DNA from: Schmidtea polychroa
Lineage: Eukaryota
Direction: 5' to 3'
Assembly: GCA_044892525.1 (NCBI GenBank)
Contig: CM097885.1
Location: 48,176,001 to 48,240,000, forward strand
Length of the DNA: 64,000 bases
The position numbers and the translations under genes are program-made. This document shows positions 37,171 through 50,746 of the stretch, in pieces (the first letter of the stretch is position 1; the number at the start of each line of letters is the position of its first letter). The notes beneath the pieces were generated by a model. It was not told where the DNA came from and did not search any database. It was given only the letters and a program-made list of their open reading frames with translations.

Positions 37171-40100
37171 ATGATTAAGCTTTTATTATTAACGTGTAAA
37201 AAAAATGAAATTCTTTAATGATTTATTGTATATAAAGATGAAATTTGATTATTAACTATATTAGTAAAATACGCCTTTTATTAAATGTAAACAAAAAATA
37301 ATTTAAACTGTGTATTTGTGATTTATTTGTCTTATTTTATTTTTGTATATTATTTTGTGAAGGAAATATTTGTATATGAGCCTCGTGGGCCCCACTGCTT
37401 ATACTATATATTATATTTTGTTACAAAGTTTATATTTATAATTTGTATTTCTTTCAATTTTTTTAACAAATTCTATACTTTTTAATTTTACAAGACTTAA
37501 GGACACTACAGTAATTTCATCTAACAGAAAATATTCTTGACACCTAAAATGTCCTTACCATACAATTATTACATATAATCAACAGAACAACCAAATGTTT
37601 AATTCGGTGAACTTCAAGGAATTTTTAGTAAATTAATTGTCTATGAAAAGAATATAAATTTAGTGAAATTTGTGACAAAATGCATTTTCAAATGTTTGGT
37701 TTTCTTGATATTTATATAAGATATTTGCGTTATAAAGTCAAATAATTCCAAACTAGTATTTCAAGTCTTTGATTCTCATCCACAATTGATATTTACCTAC
37801 ATTCATGACGTTTTTCTAACAGATGTCAGGTTAAAAGGCCGCGCCAAACTTGAAATACTAAAGTTACTAGGTTACTTTACTGGTTAAATGTGGTTTATAA
37901 TTTTAAATTTGTTCACTTAGTAAAAAATTGCTTTTTCTCTAATTTAATGATTAATTTTGTAGATATTTACTTTTCTACCCGTTGAAATGACAGACTTAGC
38001 GTTCGCTTTATTGACTTGTTGCGTTATCTATTCTTTGTAAGAAATATTACTTTTAATTATAAATTCACAATAAATTGATTTTCACAAATTAAATAATTAT
38101 CTAATCGAATTAGCAATGTAAAATAAATACCTTAAAATTCATGATATTGCGTTGCGGTATTTTATTACTTAATGTGAAAAAAGTGAATATATATTACGGG
38201 ATACTTTGAACAATCTCAGTCTTTCATTCTCTCATGTAGTTTAATCCTTTCATTTGGTCTTTCTTGGAAGTTCAATGTTTTGCTTTAGTTAATTAATATG
38301 CCTTGTAATGAATCTCCTAATCGGTAGAGAAACATTTTTTTAGTGACAGTGTCATCCTCCCATGATATGTTATATCTTGAATATCCGACATTATTCTCAA
38401 TAGCATAAATATTTTCCCTTTGATCAGCCGCAATACTACTAGAAAGGAACTTTGCCATTTCCCTTTTGAGGTCGAAATTGATTTTGAAGAGACAGTGCAG
38501 TCGTTTGAGTAATATCGTAAAGGAAAATAGCTTTGTAGATCACTGCCTATTTTGACAACTATCTGTTTAATTCTCCTATTTTCCCACATTTTACCGTTTA
38601 ATTTATATTTGTATAAATAATATTATTTTAAACTCATTTGAGTCAAAACGGATTTTTTGATCAGTTAAATTTACGCGGGCGCGCAAAGTTTATATTCAAA
38701 TTATTTCTCAATTTAAAAGTTTCCACTTGTGAAAAAAAATGGAAAATTAAAACATAAAAATAGTGTTTCCACAATTTATCCGAGTGGCAGTTTTAAGGTA
38801 CTTAAAGAAAATTAAACAGAAAGATAGAAACGACAAAGGATCGGCACAAATTGTCAGTTATCAAAACAACAAATCTGTATAAAATGAATTTGAATTTCTT
38901 CAATATGCTTTATACGCTACCAAAAATAACTTCACTAAAGGAGCAGGATAATTTCTAAGAACTCCTCAGTTACTTTCAAATTGTCATCATAACAAAGTAT
39001 AAACAGTAACTTGTATATCTATACTTTTCACAGCCACAATTGAAAAAAACAAGACTTTAATAGCTATATGACGAATTGTTCACTTAGGTTATCATTTGTC
39101 TCAATGTTAACTCCAATGTATTTTTTGATAATAAAGGATTTTATATTTTAGGGACTGATGATTTCAATATCATCTATCATACATTTCCAATCATTTAAAC
39201 TTCAGTGAACATTCTTAAATAGCTGATTTTGTAACTGGTTTTCATTATTTACTAATATCTTATAAGTACATGTTGTGGTTTCTGAAGTGAGCTCTTCATA
39301 GTTATAATTTTCCTTCTTTGCATAAATACTGCTTATGTGGTTTCTGTCATAATGCCATTTAATATCATACTTTTAATTACACTGATTATAACTTTTCAAA
39401 TTATACAAAGTTTTATATTGTGTAGAGAGAGTGGTAATTAATATGCATAAGAATATAGATCTACTTTTAAAAAATTATTTACGTTATGTATTTTTATTTT
39501 TCCTTTTTAGGTTAAATGTCTCTATGTCAGTAAAAGCCTTGCGACTGAAAACAATGCTTTTACAATTTTTTGACTCTTATTCAACTTTATCAATTGTGGT
39601 GACAATTAGGGCATTATATAAATCCTAATAAATATATTTTAATAAAAAGCCGCCACGTGAGCATTTCAGTTAAAAAATAATTTATATTATAAAATTACCT
39701 TTCCCTAAGTATTTGTTTTTGGCGATGTGTATTAGACCCGTGCTTCCTAAACTTTTCAGTTTAGTGCATCCGTAGAAAAAATGACTATTGAGGTAATTAT
39801 TTTTCTTTTTATATGACATTAAAATGCGTCGTGAAATTTATATCAATACATACTTGGCCAATTTTATATTATGTTAACTTATTTTTACCCAGTTTCTTGA
39901 CACACGGTACGGACCAGGGTCAATCCGCGGACGTCCACTTTGAGAAGCACTGAATTGAACCATTCCAATATTAAAATTAATAAATAATTTTTTTTCCAAA
40001 AATCTATCTTCAATTAAGTTGTGAAATATTTTTTTTTAAATGGAAATATTTTCTTTCAGAACCGACTTTATCTATAAGCAATCTAGACAGCCGCCTATGG

Positions 40101-40991
40101 AGCCACACTCGGCATGAGTTAGACTGAAACGTAAAATACATTTCTAATTTTAAATATTTTACTTTCCATTTATGTTGATTATATTTATATTTTATTGTAT
40201 AGATGTTTCGTGGAGATAATGATTTAGCATCATTTATGAAATGCGCAACTTTTTAATCATTTCATGAATTGTGCCAATTCATTATTTGCAAGTAACATCT
40301 ATAATATACAATATAAGATTCATGCACTAAATACTTGAAGAGTAAAAGTAGAAGATATTATTACTGAATTTACCTAAAAGAAATATAGTAATTTTAAAAT
40401 TTTATTAAGGAATGTTTGTTATATTTTTTCTGTTTTTATTATTTAATTTCTTTGTAATATTTATTGCATTAGACTTTATAGATAAAATTCATTAGCATAT
40501 TTCTTGATTTAGTTTTCTTCAATATAAAGGCACTGAGATTAAGACTGGCGTTGAGTTCCAGAAAATTTCGGCTTGACTATGTTTCCTTTAATATTTCAAC
40601 ATAATTCTAACTTGGATTTTTTTCAGTTATTATTACATAATTAATGATATAACAAATCAAGTAATTTTTGCCACATGAATGTTTCGTGATTATTATTTAA
40701 AGCCGGATTTTCAATAAGAAAGCTCAAATGAAATTATTTATATTTTGTCAATTATTATTACAGAAAAAATTACATTATTCCTTGAACTTCATTAATTTTC
40801 CATGTTGTTTTTAAACATCAATTTTCACCAATTTTCATGTTATTAATAAATATTTAATTAAACCTTTAATTGATATTGTATTTTTTTCTGGGAAAAGAAA
40901 TTCTAAGAATATAGGTCTGTCTAACTTTAATCAATGCCGCTCACTGACAATACCTTAATTATTAAATTGAATTTTAAAAAAATAATTTATT

Positions 40992-41998
<1,007 letters not shown>

Positions 41999-44856
41999 TT
42001 AAAAAAGGCTGTGCCGAAAATTCGTGAATATTAAAAATACATCGATATCTTTACTGATTCATATTCAAAAAATTTCTAATAAATCCAAACCTTGACAAAC
42101 TATACATTAACTAGATAATGTATGCATTCTCTATGAAAATGTCCTTCTAGTATGCCATGTTGCAATACTGCATACTTTAGCTAGGTATAGCGTGCATTTT
42201 ATTATTATTTTATTATTGTCTAAAAATTCACGTTAATATATGTATTTACTAGTGAATGTATACTTTAACTGTAAAATATATAATTTCAGAGTGTATGTTT
42301 AAAGAATTTCAATCAAATTAATATCAGATATAAATTTGAAACTCATTTTTACAGTATAAAAATCCGATTATGTTGATTTAAAATTTTGAAATTGGAATTT
42401 AACATTTGTTTATATCAGAAATTAAAATGAGTTAAAAATTAATTATTAAAAACATTAAACAAACGTAATCAGACACATTTGTTTGCCAGTTCATGCGATT
42501 TAACCCACTTGTTTCGACTTTTTATTTGGACACCAAACAAAATGTAAAGAGCAGAAATTGATAATATTGATGAAAATACGAAAAATTTATATTGCTAACT
42601 GTAACAATAGAACATTTAAAGAATGAACTAACTTTGATAATATCCTTGATAAAGATAGCGCCAAAAAATTTTTATTACATAAAAAAACTAAAATTTTTGA
42701 CCTTTTTTGGTAATGAAAATACATGAAATACCCAAATAGTATTAGATTGAAATCTCCTCAAATATGTTGTCCCAACAGGGCAAAATGGTAAATGTTACAC
42801 TATTATTTCATCCTCAAAGAAAGTTCTACAAACTTATTTTCAGAAACTTCTTATCTCACTCTGAATTGATAATTTCAACCTTTTCAAAACCTTTCGTACG
42901 CAAGAATAGAAATCGGTTTACAAGATTTCTATGTGTGACACTTTACCACATACGCTTTGTTTCATCCCTATACAGTTTCTATGAAAGGAAAATCCAATGA
43001 AAACATCGACGCAGGATACCATGCTTTTAGTTTCAATATGAAAATAAAGAAACGATCAACAGCGTTGGATGCTTTAAGCTTTATTATAATACGTTTCTTC
43101 AAAGTAAATTGTTAATTAAATTCATTTTTTATTTATTATTAAATCTTCTGAAATAAATTTGATTACAAGTTATGTATCAGATTCAATTGTTAGTTTTGAT
43201 TTGTCAAGTTTACTATTTTTACATATTTTTTACATAAAATATTTTATAAATTTATTTGAATATAATAACGCATGTAAAAATTAAAATCTTCTTCTAATAA
43301 TGCTAAATATGAAACAAAATAAAATTGTAAAAGTTTACAAATCTAAAAAGTTTGACTTTTTGATAAATTCGATTTCAATGAATTTATTATGAGTGTTTTG
43401 CAACACGAACATTTTATAACTATAACCAAAAATATGCTGGACCCTAAAATTTAGAGATCCTATACAAACACCTTGTCTACCTAGGCATCAATTAGCCTCT
43501 GAAAGACATAACTTTCATTAAAGATTAAGATATAAAATGCATTTTTAAAATTTTAAAATCCCAGCTAGATAATTTTATAAGAAAGTATTAATTTGTACTT
43601 AAATATATTTGAATTTTCTAAATCTCTTAATTTTCTCCAATTTCCATGATTGATTCAATAAACACTTGAAGTCCGGAAAAATAACTCTAACATATAATTT
43701 TTTAAAACTTCCTGCTCATTTTATCATGTTATTTTGATAAATTAAAAAACCGTATTTACTTGGTTGTAATCCTCACTTTAATTTAAAGAATTATGATCTT
43801 TTTTTCGTTTTTCGGTAGAAATCGATTGTAAGTAGGATTGCTAACTCCCACAACCTCAAACCTGGGAGATTATAAAATTGCGAACAGTATAACGCTTAAG
43901 AATTAATATAACAGGTATTTTTCACTTTTTTGGTTTACACATGTTAGTGATTTTAACTATATGATGACTAATAGATTTAAACAAAACAATTATTTTTACA
44001 TATTACATCTCCCGGGTCATAGTTAACCGGGAGACGGGAGACGAAAGCCGATTCTGGGAGACTCGACAAAAACGGGAGAGTTGGCAAGCTTAACTGTAAG
44101 CCATATTGAATATTCTAAAACATTTGTGAGTAAAACAAAAATATAATACACCAAAAGATAATAACATTGCTATCATCTCACACAAAATGTTGTCACCATA
44201 TTTAGATGTTATTAAGTAGATGTTAGTTTTTGAAACTATAAATATGTAAACTATCTTGGTTCCTATTGTTATATATTTTAAAACTTTGTAAAAAGGTGGA
44301 TTTATTACTTGTATATAGGTAAAGCTTAGAAAGTACGCTGTATCTGATTTTGAAATATAAAAAAACAAGAAAAATGTGAGACTTACAATCAAATAAATAC
44401 GGTAATGGTTATACTGCTTAGGTTTCAAGTTCAAATATAGCATTTAATATAAATATATTTTCTTTCTGACAAAAGTTTTAATTCAATTAAAGATTTTTGA
44501 CATTTTTTAAGAATGAAAATAAATTAAATATCATCAGAAAAAGAAAACTGACGGAAATTTATTTTAAAATTTTCAATACATTTCCAATAAAAATATTTTG
44601 TTTAGATCTACTACTATTTATTAAAAAGTAAATTATAAAAAGATTTTTTTCTTTGTCTTACAATTGTAAGTATTTTAGAAACAGTTTTTACGTTTTAAAC
44701 ATTTTATTTACTCAGACATTATGATTATTCTGTTGTTTATTGCCTAAATTGGTTTAAAAAGATTTTTATAATTGAAACTGTTCATTTTTTATGAGGTTAT
44801 ATAACTAGATAACCGGAAAGTACCTTTTATTATTATTTCTTTGATAGACTTGTTAC

Positions 44857-45293
44857 TAGAGTCGGATTTGCTCTTGAGGGGCCCCAAGGCTAAAACTCTT
44901 ATGGGCCATTTTATAATTATTTTTAAACAAAAAGGTTAGTTTGTATTCTATTGTTTTATAGTTTAATTAATTTCGAAAATAATAATACATTTATTCATAT
45001 ATAAAAGATATAAACATGAAGTACAATTCATAAATAAAAAAACATTAATTTAGAAACATTTTCTTCTAGATTTTTTCTCTGCAAAATCTTCAACACAGAC
45101 ATTAGAAAGGTATTGTAATATGTTATAATTTGTTATATAATATGTTATATAATTAAATACTTCTTTATATTACATAAATGTATCAATCTGCAAATAATTA
45201 AAAGATGTAATAAGTTTTTATAATAATAGTAAAAATTTTAGGGTCCCAGCCAGTCGGGCCCTAGGCTTCATTCTAGAAGTAAATCAAGGCCTG
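44857..45293 (-). mobile_element. hAT MITE with 8-bp TSD
   Basis: TSD CTTGTTAC at 44849-44856 and 45294-45301; degenerate CAGGGCCGGATTT-type TIRs; minus-strand DFAEKKSRRK hAT C-terminal remnant. Confidence 0.7.
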
Positions 45294-45649
45294 CTTGTTA
45301 CATCATATTTGCTACTCTTATTTTCAAATGTTTCGAGTTTTCGATGTTTAATTTTTGCAGTAACATAAGTAATTAAAATTTTCAATTTAATCCAATTTAA
45401 CCCCCTCAGTAATCATTAAAAAATGGAAAAACGAAGATTATCGATAAAATCATTCGATATTGAATCATTATTCGAATTTTCGTATTATTTCTTCTTAAAA
45501 ATGTGTTTATGTGGTGTCGATTGGGTAAAGTATGATCGAGTTATCTCGGGTATGTGAAGTTTTACCGATAATAGCCATCCTAGTATACTCGGGCGTAGAC
45601 CTTAAGCGGTTAAAAATGTTCAAAAATAAAAATATTAAAAAATTACAAT

Positions 45650-46633
45650 TGTTGAGGTTTGAAAATAAATTATTAAATTATATAGTTCAGATTAAAAGGA
45701 AAGCCGAAATTGAATGGCGGTCAAGCAGAGAAGCAATGGCAAAGAAAGATATGATAAAAACAGAACTATAAAAGGGTACAATCAGGCATGAAATGGGAAA
45801 ATGCGCAAACCGGAGGAAGTGGAATAAAGTGAAAAGTTATCGAAATTGAAGCTGGAAAACGGGAGAGGGGTAGATTAAGGGATGGTGAAGAAGACAGTGA
45901 GCAAGAAATTGTTAGAAAATGTGTAGAAAGGGTCGTAAAACAGACAAATGTGGAAAAACGTAAAATATTAATTAATTAATTAATTGGCTAATGGGAAACC
46001 CGAGCTAATGGGAAGCCCGAGCCAATGGAGAACCCGAGCGATGAAGAAAACCCGAGCACGGCAATTTGGAAGGGTAAACAAACGAGGAATTCAGAGGGCA
46101 ATTATCCAAACAATCGGATAAACGAGGGTAAACAAAAGACAGGGAATTACGAAGAGGGTCAACAAAAATAGTCAATTAGGGAATGATAGCTGAAGAAGTC
46201 AAAACCAATTAGGTCAAAAATGGGGCAATTACAACGATTATGGGAGTATATAAGGAAACTCAAAATTCACATAATCGGCGATAGCCTTAGGTAGGGATAC
46301 GAAGAAACAGACGATAGGAGTTCAAGGAATAAAAATAAAAAGGAAAAAGGAATTATAAGAGGAATTTAGGAGTCAGAAAGGAAGGAGTTCGGATCAGAGA
46401 GCGGAATCAAACAAAAGGTGAAACCTATTTTTTTTAATCGTACAAGGCCGAGACCTTCCAGAGCGGAGTTCGATCTGAAATTGTGTAAGAATTGTGATTA
46501 ACCAACAGTGTGATTAATTGTTGAGTTGTGAATTGTTATAAAACAAATATACGTTGGGAGTTTTGTTTATTGATTTTGGAACACGTGGAGTCAGAGTAAC
46601 CAACGGTTGATTTTAATATCATAAAACCCAACC
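45650..46633 (+). repeat. 5' LTR
   Basis: Direct repeat of 54470-55453 (offset 8820). Confidence 0.97.
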
Positions 46634-46640
46634 TATATTT

Positions 46641-46658
46641 TGGTGAGCCCGACGTGAT
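46641..46658 (+). promoter_or_regulatory. Primer binding site, tRNA-Trp type
   Basis: TGGTGAGCCCGACGTGAT, one mismatch to the canonical tRNA-Trp PBS TGGTGACCCCGACGTGAT. Confidence 0.85.
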
Positions 46659-46819
46659 TAAACGTTGGTGGGCGAATATTGAAGGGTGAAAGAGGTGAAA
46701 AAAATTAAAGTAATAAGAAAATTGAAAATAATTGGAAATTGGAAGAGGTAGTAATTATTGATTATTAATTTTAATATTTAGCCGTGAGTGAATACAATTT
46801 GAGGAACCGAAAAGTAAAG

Positions 46820-49800
46820 ATGGCCAGAGAGAACGCTGAGATGATAGATTTTGCCAGTTGTCAAAAATTACCGGTGAATCAGTATGGAGGAGACCCGGTT
46901 GATTTTGCCGATTTCATGGGCGATTATTATATGTACGCTTCGGCCTATGGGTGGTCACAAGCCATAATGGTACAAAGATTCCCACTCTATTTAAAAGGAG
47001 CCGCAAGAGAAGCGTGGCAGCAAGTGGATAAAAAGACAATTGGAAATGATTGGGCCAAACTCAAGGATGCGATGGCAATGAAATTGGTGGGAGGCGATAT
47101 AAAAAGAATAATGCGCCAAAAATTTTATGCCAGAGTACAAAATCCAAATGAATCGGTAAGTGAATTCGCATACAATTTAACGACTTTAGCAGACAAGGCC
47201 TTCGAAGCAAAACCTGAACAAGTGGAGATGGTGAAACAAGTCAAAGAATTGCTAGAAGATCAATTTATAACTGGAGCCCATTCTGAAATAAAAAAAGCAC
47301 TATGCTACGTGGATTTTTCGAATTTCGATGAACTCGTGAAGAAAGCAATGAAAATTGAATTGAATTTAAAAAGTACCAGAAAATCTGAAGTATTTGCCGC
47401 AAATGCCGAGAAAAGAGAAAGGTCGATAACTCCAGTAAAGAATCAATGGAAATCAAAAGAACCAACTCAACATAACAGCTCTCCAAGATTAGGTAATAAA
47501 TTGGAAGTTAATAAAGCAACTTTTAGCAATCAAATAAATGAGATATCGAATAATATTATATGCGAGTTTTGCAAGAAGCCTGGACATTATTCAAATCAAT
47601 GTTGGTTCAGAAATGGTAGAAATATGAGTCCCAAAGGAAGACTTACTGAAAATAAGCCAAACAATGGTGACATTGAATGTTATCGATGTGGAAAAATGGG
47701 CCACATTAGCAGAAATTGTTTTTCAAGAACTATATCACCTTCTAGATATCCCAAGAAATCAAGTAAATTTCAAGATGAATCAATCAATGCCAATATAGCT
47801 TATGCTCAAAAAGACGACTTTAAAGAAAAGATGGAAAATGAAGTTCGAGAAATGAGGAAAAAATTAGACAAGTTGATGTCGAAAATTGAATTTGATGATG
47901 AAGCAGACTCTTATATGGCGTACGAAAATATTTCGGAAAACTTTGCTAATAAAGTAAAAAATGACTTGTTGAACGAAAAGGCTACGTTGTTATTAAATAA
48001 AATGGAAAGATGGCTCGAAAATATGGAAACAAACAATCCAAGATTGAAAGAGTTGGTTACAGAGTTAAGTCAGATCCAACTTAGTCATAAGAAATTGAAA
48101 AGTGCATTGAACTTATGTTCTAAGCTTTACAGCATACTCCAAGATGAGGAAATTGCTAAATTAATGAGAACATTTGGAAAAGCATTAAGATCCAAAAACG
48201 ATTTGGATAATATTATCGTGGAGACCACAGACATCAATGGTATTAAAGCTCAATTTTCTATCAATCCTTATGGACAAATCAAAGATTTGACAATGCTTAT
48301 TCTGGCTAAATACAATAAAGGCAGCGTGAAATTGACACAACGGCAAATGGGACAACTGAGGGATGAGGAATACTTGGTAGATTGTGGTTTAATCCCTGGA
48401 TTAAAAAATGAGGTAAATATTTTGGATACTTTTAATCATTCAAATTCAGATTTTAAAAATTGGAACGAAACTTTAGGGAATTTGCGAGACATGTTATATA
48501 TCGGAGATGAGGACGAGATCAATAAATATCTTGAAATAGTGATGAGTTCAAAAATGAATGGAAAAGATAAAGAGAAGCTGTTCGAATGTATTTTGCCGCA
48601 TATTCATAAAGAAACGAAATATCAAACCAGATTAAAGGAAACTCTACGGAAATTAAAATATGATTACAGAGAACCGGAGTGTAATTCGAAATCATTAATG
48701 ATAGCTCTAAATATTGATGGAAAAGTTGAATACTTTCAAGAGCACTGGAGCGTTAAGGTGTCAAAATTACGACAAAAAGCTGCAGAAACAATGGGAAATA
48801 ATGAGATTATTGTACTGACTTACAAAGGAATAGTGTTGGACGATGACGAAAATTTAGTTAATTGCGGATTTAATCCCAATGACATAAATAATGTTTATGC
48901 AATGAAGCCAAAGGATGACATGTCTGAAAACGAGGTTATTGTAACTCACTGGCCTAGAATCGTAAAAGAGGAAGATGATGAGATTGGAGCAATTAAAACT
49001 GAATTATCCGAGGAGCTAAATGAAGCTGAGTTGAAAGGTTTTGAGTCAAAAAACAAAATTTTACATGAAGTGCGAAATGGAAATATAACTGATGTCAATG
49101 AAACTGATGCAGTAAATCAAGAAGTTTATAATATGAATGACAAGCCGATAAAAACGGAAGAAATAAAAGGCGAATCGAAGTTTGTTGAAATTGGTAATAC
49201 TGATAAATCAAATAACCGTAAGCGGAAAAAGTGTGAGTTAACAGAAAAAGACGATTTAAGCGATGTAAAAACAGATTTAAATGATTTTATTGAAATAAAA
49301 GTGATTTTAAAAAGGTTGGTAATGGAAATATATGCACTAAATGAAGAGAATATATATGAAAATGAATTTATGCAACAACTTGCGAAACAGGTGAAAAGGA
49401 GATTTCCAATCATACTGCAACTTAGCGTTAAAGGAAATGTATTTTGTGATGAAACAGTAATCAAGAAGTTAATTAATAAGGGTTTGAACAGAGACGTAGT
49501 ATTGACGGTTCTAGCTTGTATTGTCTTGAAAATTGGCACACATGGTTGTTTGGACTCGGAAAAAATGGAAAAGTGGATCGAAAAAGCCACCAAAGTGGCA
49601 AATACATATGTGACAAACTGGATAAAATATAATGGTGGATGGAAAAATTTGGTACTAAAACCGAGGAATTCAAAAAGGGTGTATGAGTTTAAAAGGGCAA
49701 AAATGATATATACATGGTTGACGATGTTTGTTTTTGTAATTTTAGGAATCATTAACAATACAACGTTATTGGTAGTATATGATTATTCTCAAATTAAAAA

Positions 49801-50746
49801 GAAAATTCCTAGAAATGTAAAAATTTATAAAGAATATAAAATTGTGAGTACTGATCTGAAAGAAAACGAGAGGGAAAATTTCAAAGATTGGGAAAATGAA
49901 ACAAAAAAGGACATGAAACTTCAACAAATATTTACCAAAAATAAAACTTTAAACAGCTATAGTAATAAAGTGTTAATTACAGCAAAACAAATAGAGAATA
50001 ATAACTTACGAGAGCCATTCACACCGAATTATGACAAAAATACTTACGTAGCACGAGAGCTAAAGGTAAATTTTAAGCCTCCTTGGAAGAATGAGCCAAA
50101 TGAGACATACACTCCTGGAAAATTCAACAATCTAATTATAGTTAAAGTAAAAACAAATGAATTATATAACAATGAGAAAGTGATAGAAAATAAATGGTCA
50201 TTGTTTAAAGTTGACAGCCAGTTAAACCATTGGAAAAACGAGTCAAATCGAGTAGTTTTTACAGTTCAAAATAAATTAGCAATAGCATATCAAAATTCGG
50301 AAATCGACAAAAGAAGCATTTTCTGTAGTGGACAAAAAATTATCGTTTTGTTGGATGCCGGTAAAAGCTATTTTTCATTTATTACTCCTAATTTAGAATA
50401 TAATTACCTGATAAAAATTAAATACCAACAACGGATATTCGAGCCATATCGATGGCAAACAACTTTAGTGGAGACAAAAATGGTGCCAAAGCTGAAATCC
50501 GACATAACCATTACACGTCCAACTTCTACAAGTCAATATCAATTTAACAAGCGTCTAATAAATAAACGGACTCAAATTGAGATTGGTCAAACTTTAATCA
50601 TCTGTGAATATTCGATATACCTCATACTGACAGCATTCCTCATACTATCGCTTAGGTTAAGAGTAATAACAATCATTTTGTGTGGAAATAGACAGCATAC
50701 TATAAATGACTTACGACTCGAATCTTTCAATGTGATCAAAATGTGA
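46820..50746 (+). CDS. Gag polyprotein with 2 CCHC knuckles, 2 ubiquitin-like domains, Bcl-2-like domain and TM helix
   Basis: YLKGAAREAW, QNPNESVSEF, CEFCKKPGHYSNQC, CYRCGKMGHISRNC; UBL-like LTYKGIVLDDDENLVNCGF; BH2-like NWIKYNGGWKNL; first ATG at 46820. Confidence 0.88.
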   Translation: MARENAEMIDFASCQKLPVNQYGGDPVDFADFMGDYYMYASAYGWSQAIMVQRFPLYLKGAAREAWQQVDKKTIGNDWAKLKDAMAMKLVGGDIKRIMRQKFYARVQNPNESVSEFAYNLTTLADKAFEAKPEQVEMVKQVKELLEDQFITGAHSEIKKALCYVDFSNFDELVKKAMKIELNLKSTRKSEVFAANAEKRERSITPVKNQWKSKEPTQHNSSPRLGNKLEVNKATFSNQINEISNNIICEFCKKPGHYSNQCWFRNGRNMSPKGRLTENKPNNGDIECYRCGKMGHISRNCFSRTISPSRYPKKSSKFQDESINANIAYAQKDDFKEKMENEVREMRKKLDKLMSKIEFDDEADSYMAYENISENFANKVKNDLLNEKATLLLNKMERWLENMETNNPRLKELVTELSQIQLSHKKLKSALNLCSKLYSILQDEEIAKLMRTFGKALRSKNDLDNIIVETTDINGIKAQFSINPYGQIKDLTMLILAKYNKGSVKLTQRQMGQLRDEEYLVDCGLIPGLKNEVNILDTFNHSNSDFKNWNETLGNLRDMLYIGDEDEINKYLEIVMSSKMNGKDKEKLFECILPHIHKETKYQTRLKETLRKLKYDYREPECNSKSLMIALNIDGKVEYFQEHWSVKVSKLRQKAAETMGNNEIIVLTYKGIVLDDDENLVNCGFNPNDINNVYAMKPKDDMSENEVIVTHWPRIVKEEDDEIGAIKTELSEELNEAELKGFESKNKILHEVRNGNITDVNETDAVNQEVYNMNDKPIKTEEIKGESKFVEIGNTDKSNNRKRKKCELTEKDDLSDVKTDLNDFIEIKVILKRLVMEIYALNEENIYENEFMQQLAKQVKRRFPIILQLSVKGNVFCDETVIKKLINKGLNRDVVLTVLACIVLKIGTHGCLDSEKMEKWIEKATKVANTYVTNWIKYNGGWKNLVLKPRNSKRVYEFKRAKMIYTWLTMFVFVILGIINNTTLLVVYDYSQIKKKIPRNVKIYKEYKIVSTDLKENERENFKDWENETKKDMKLQQIFTKNKTLNSYSNKVLITAKQIENNNLREPFTPNYDKNTYVARELKVNFKPPWKNEPNETYTPGKFNNLIIVKVKTNELYNNEKVIENKWSLFKVDSQLNHWKNESNRVVFTVQNKLAIAYQNSEIDKRSIFCSGQKIIVLLDAGKSYFSFITPNLEYNYLIKIKYQQRIFEPYRWQTTLVETKMVPKLKSDITITRPTSTSQYQFNKRLINKRTQIEIGQTLIICEYSIYLILTAFLILSLRLRVITIILCGNRQHTINDLRLESFNVIKM

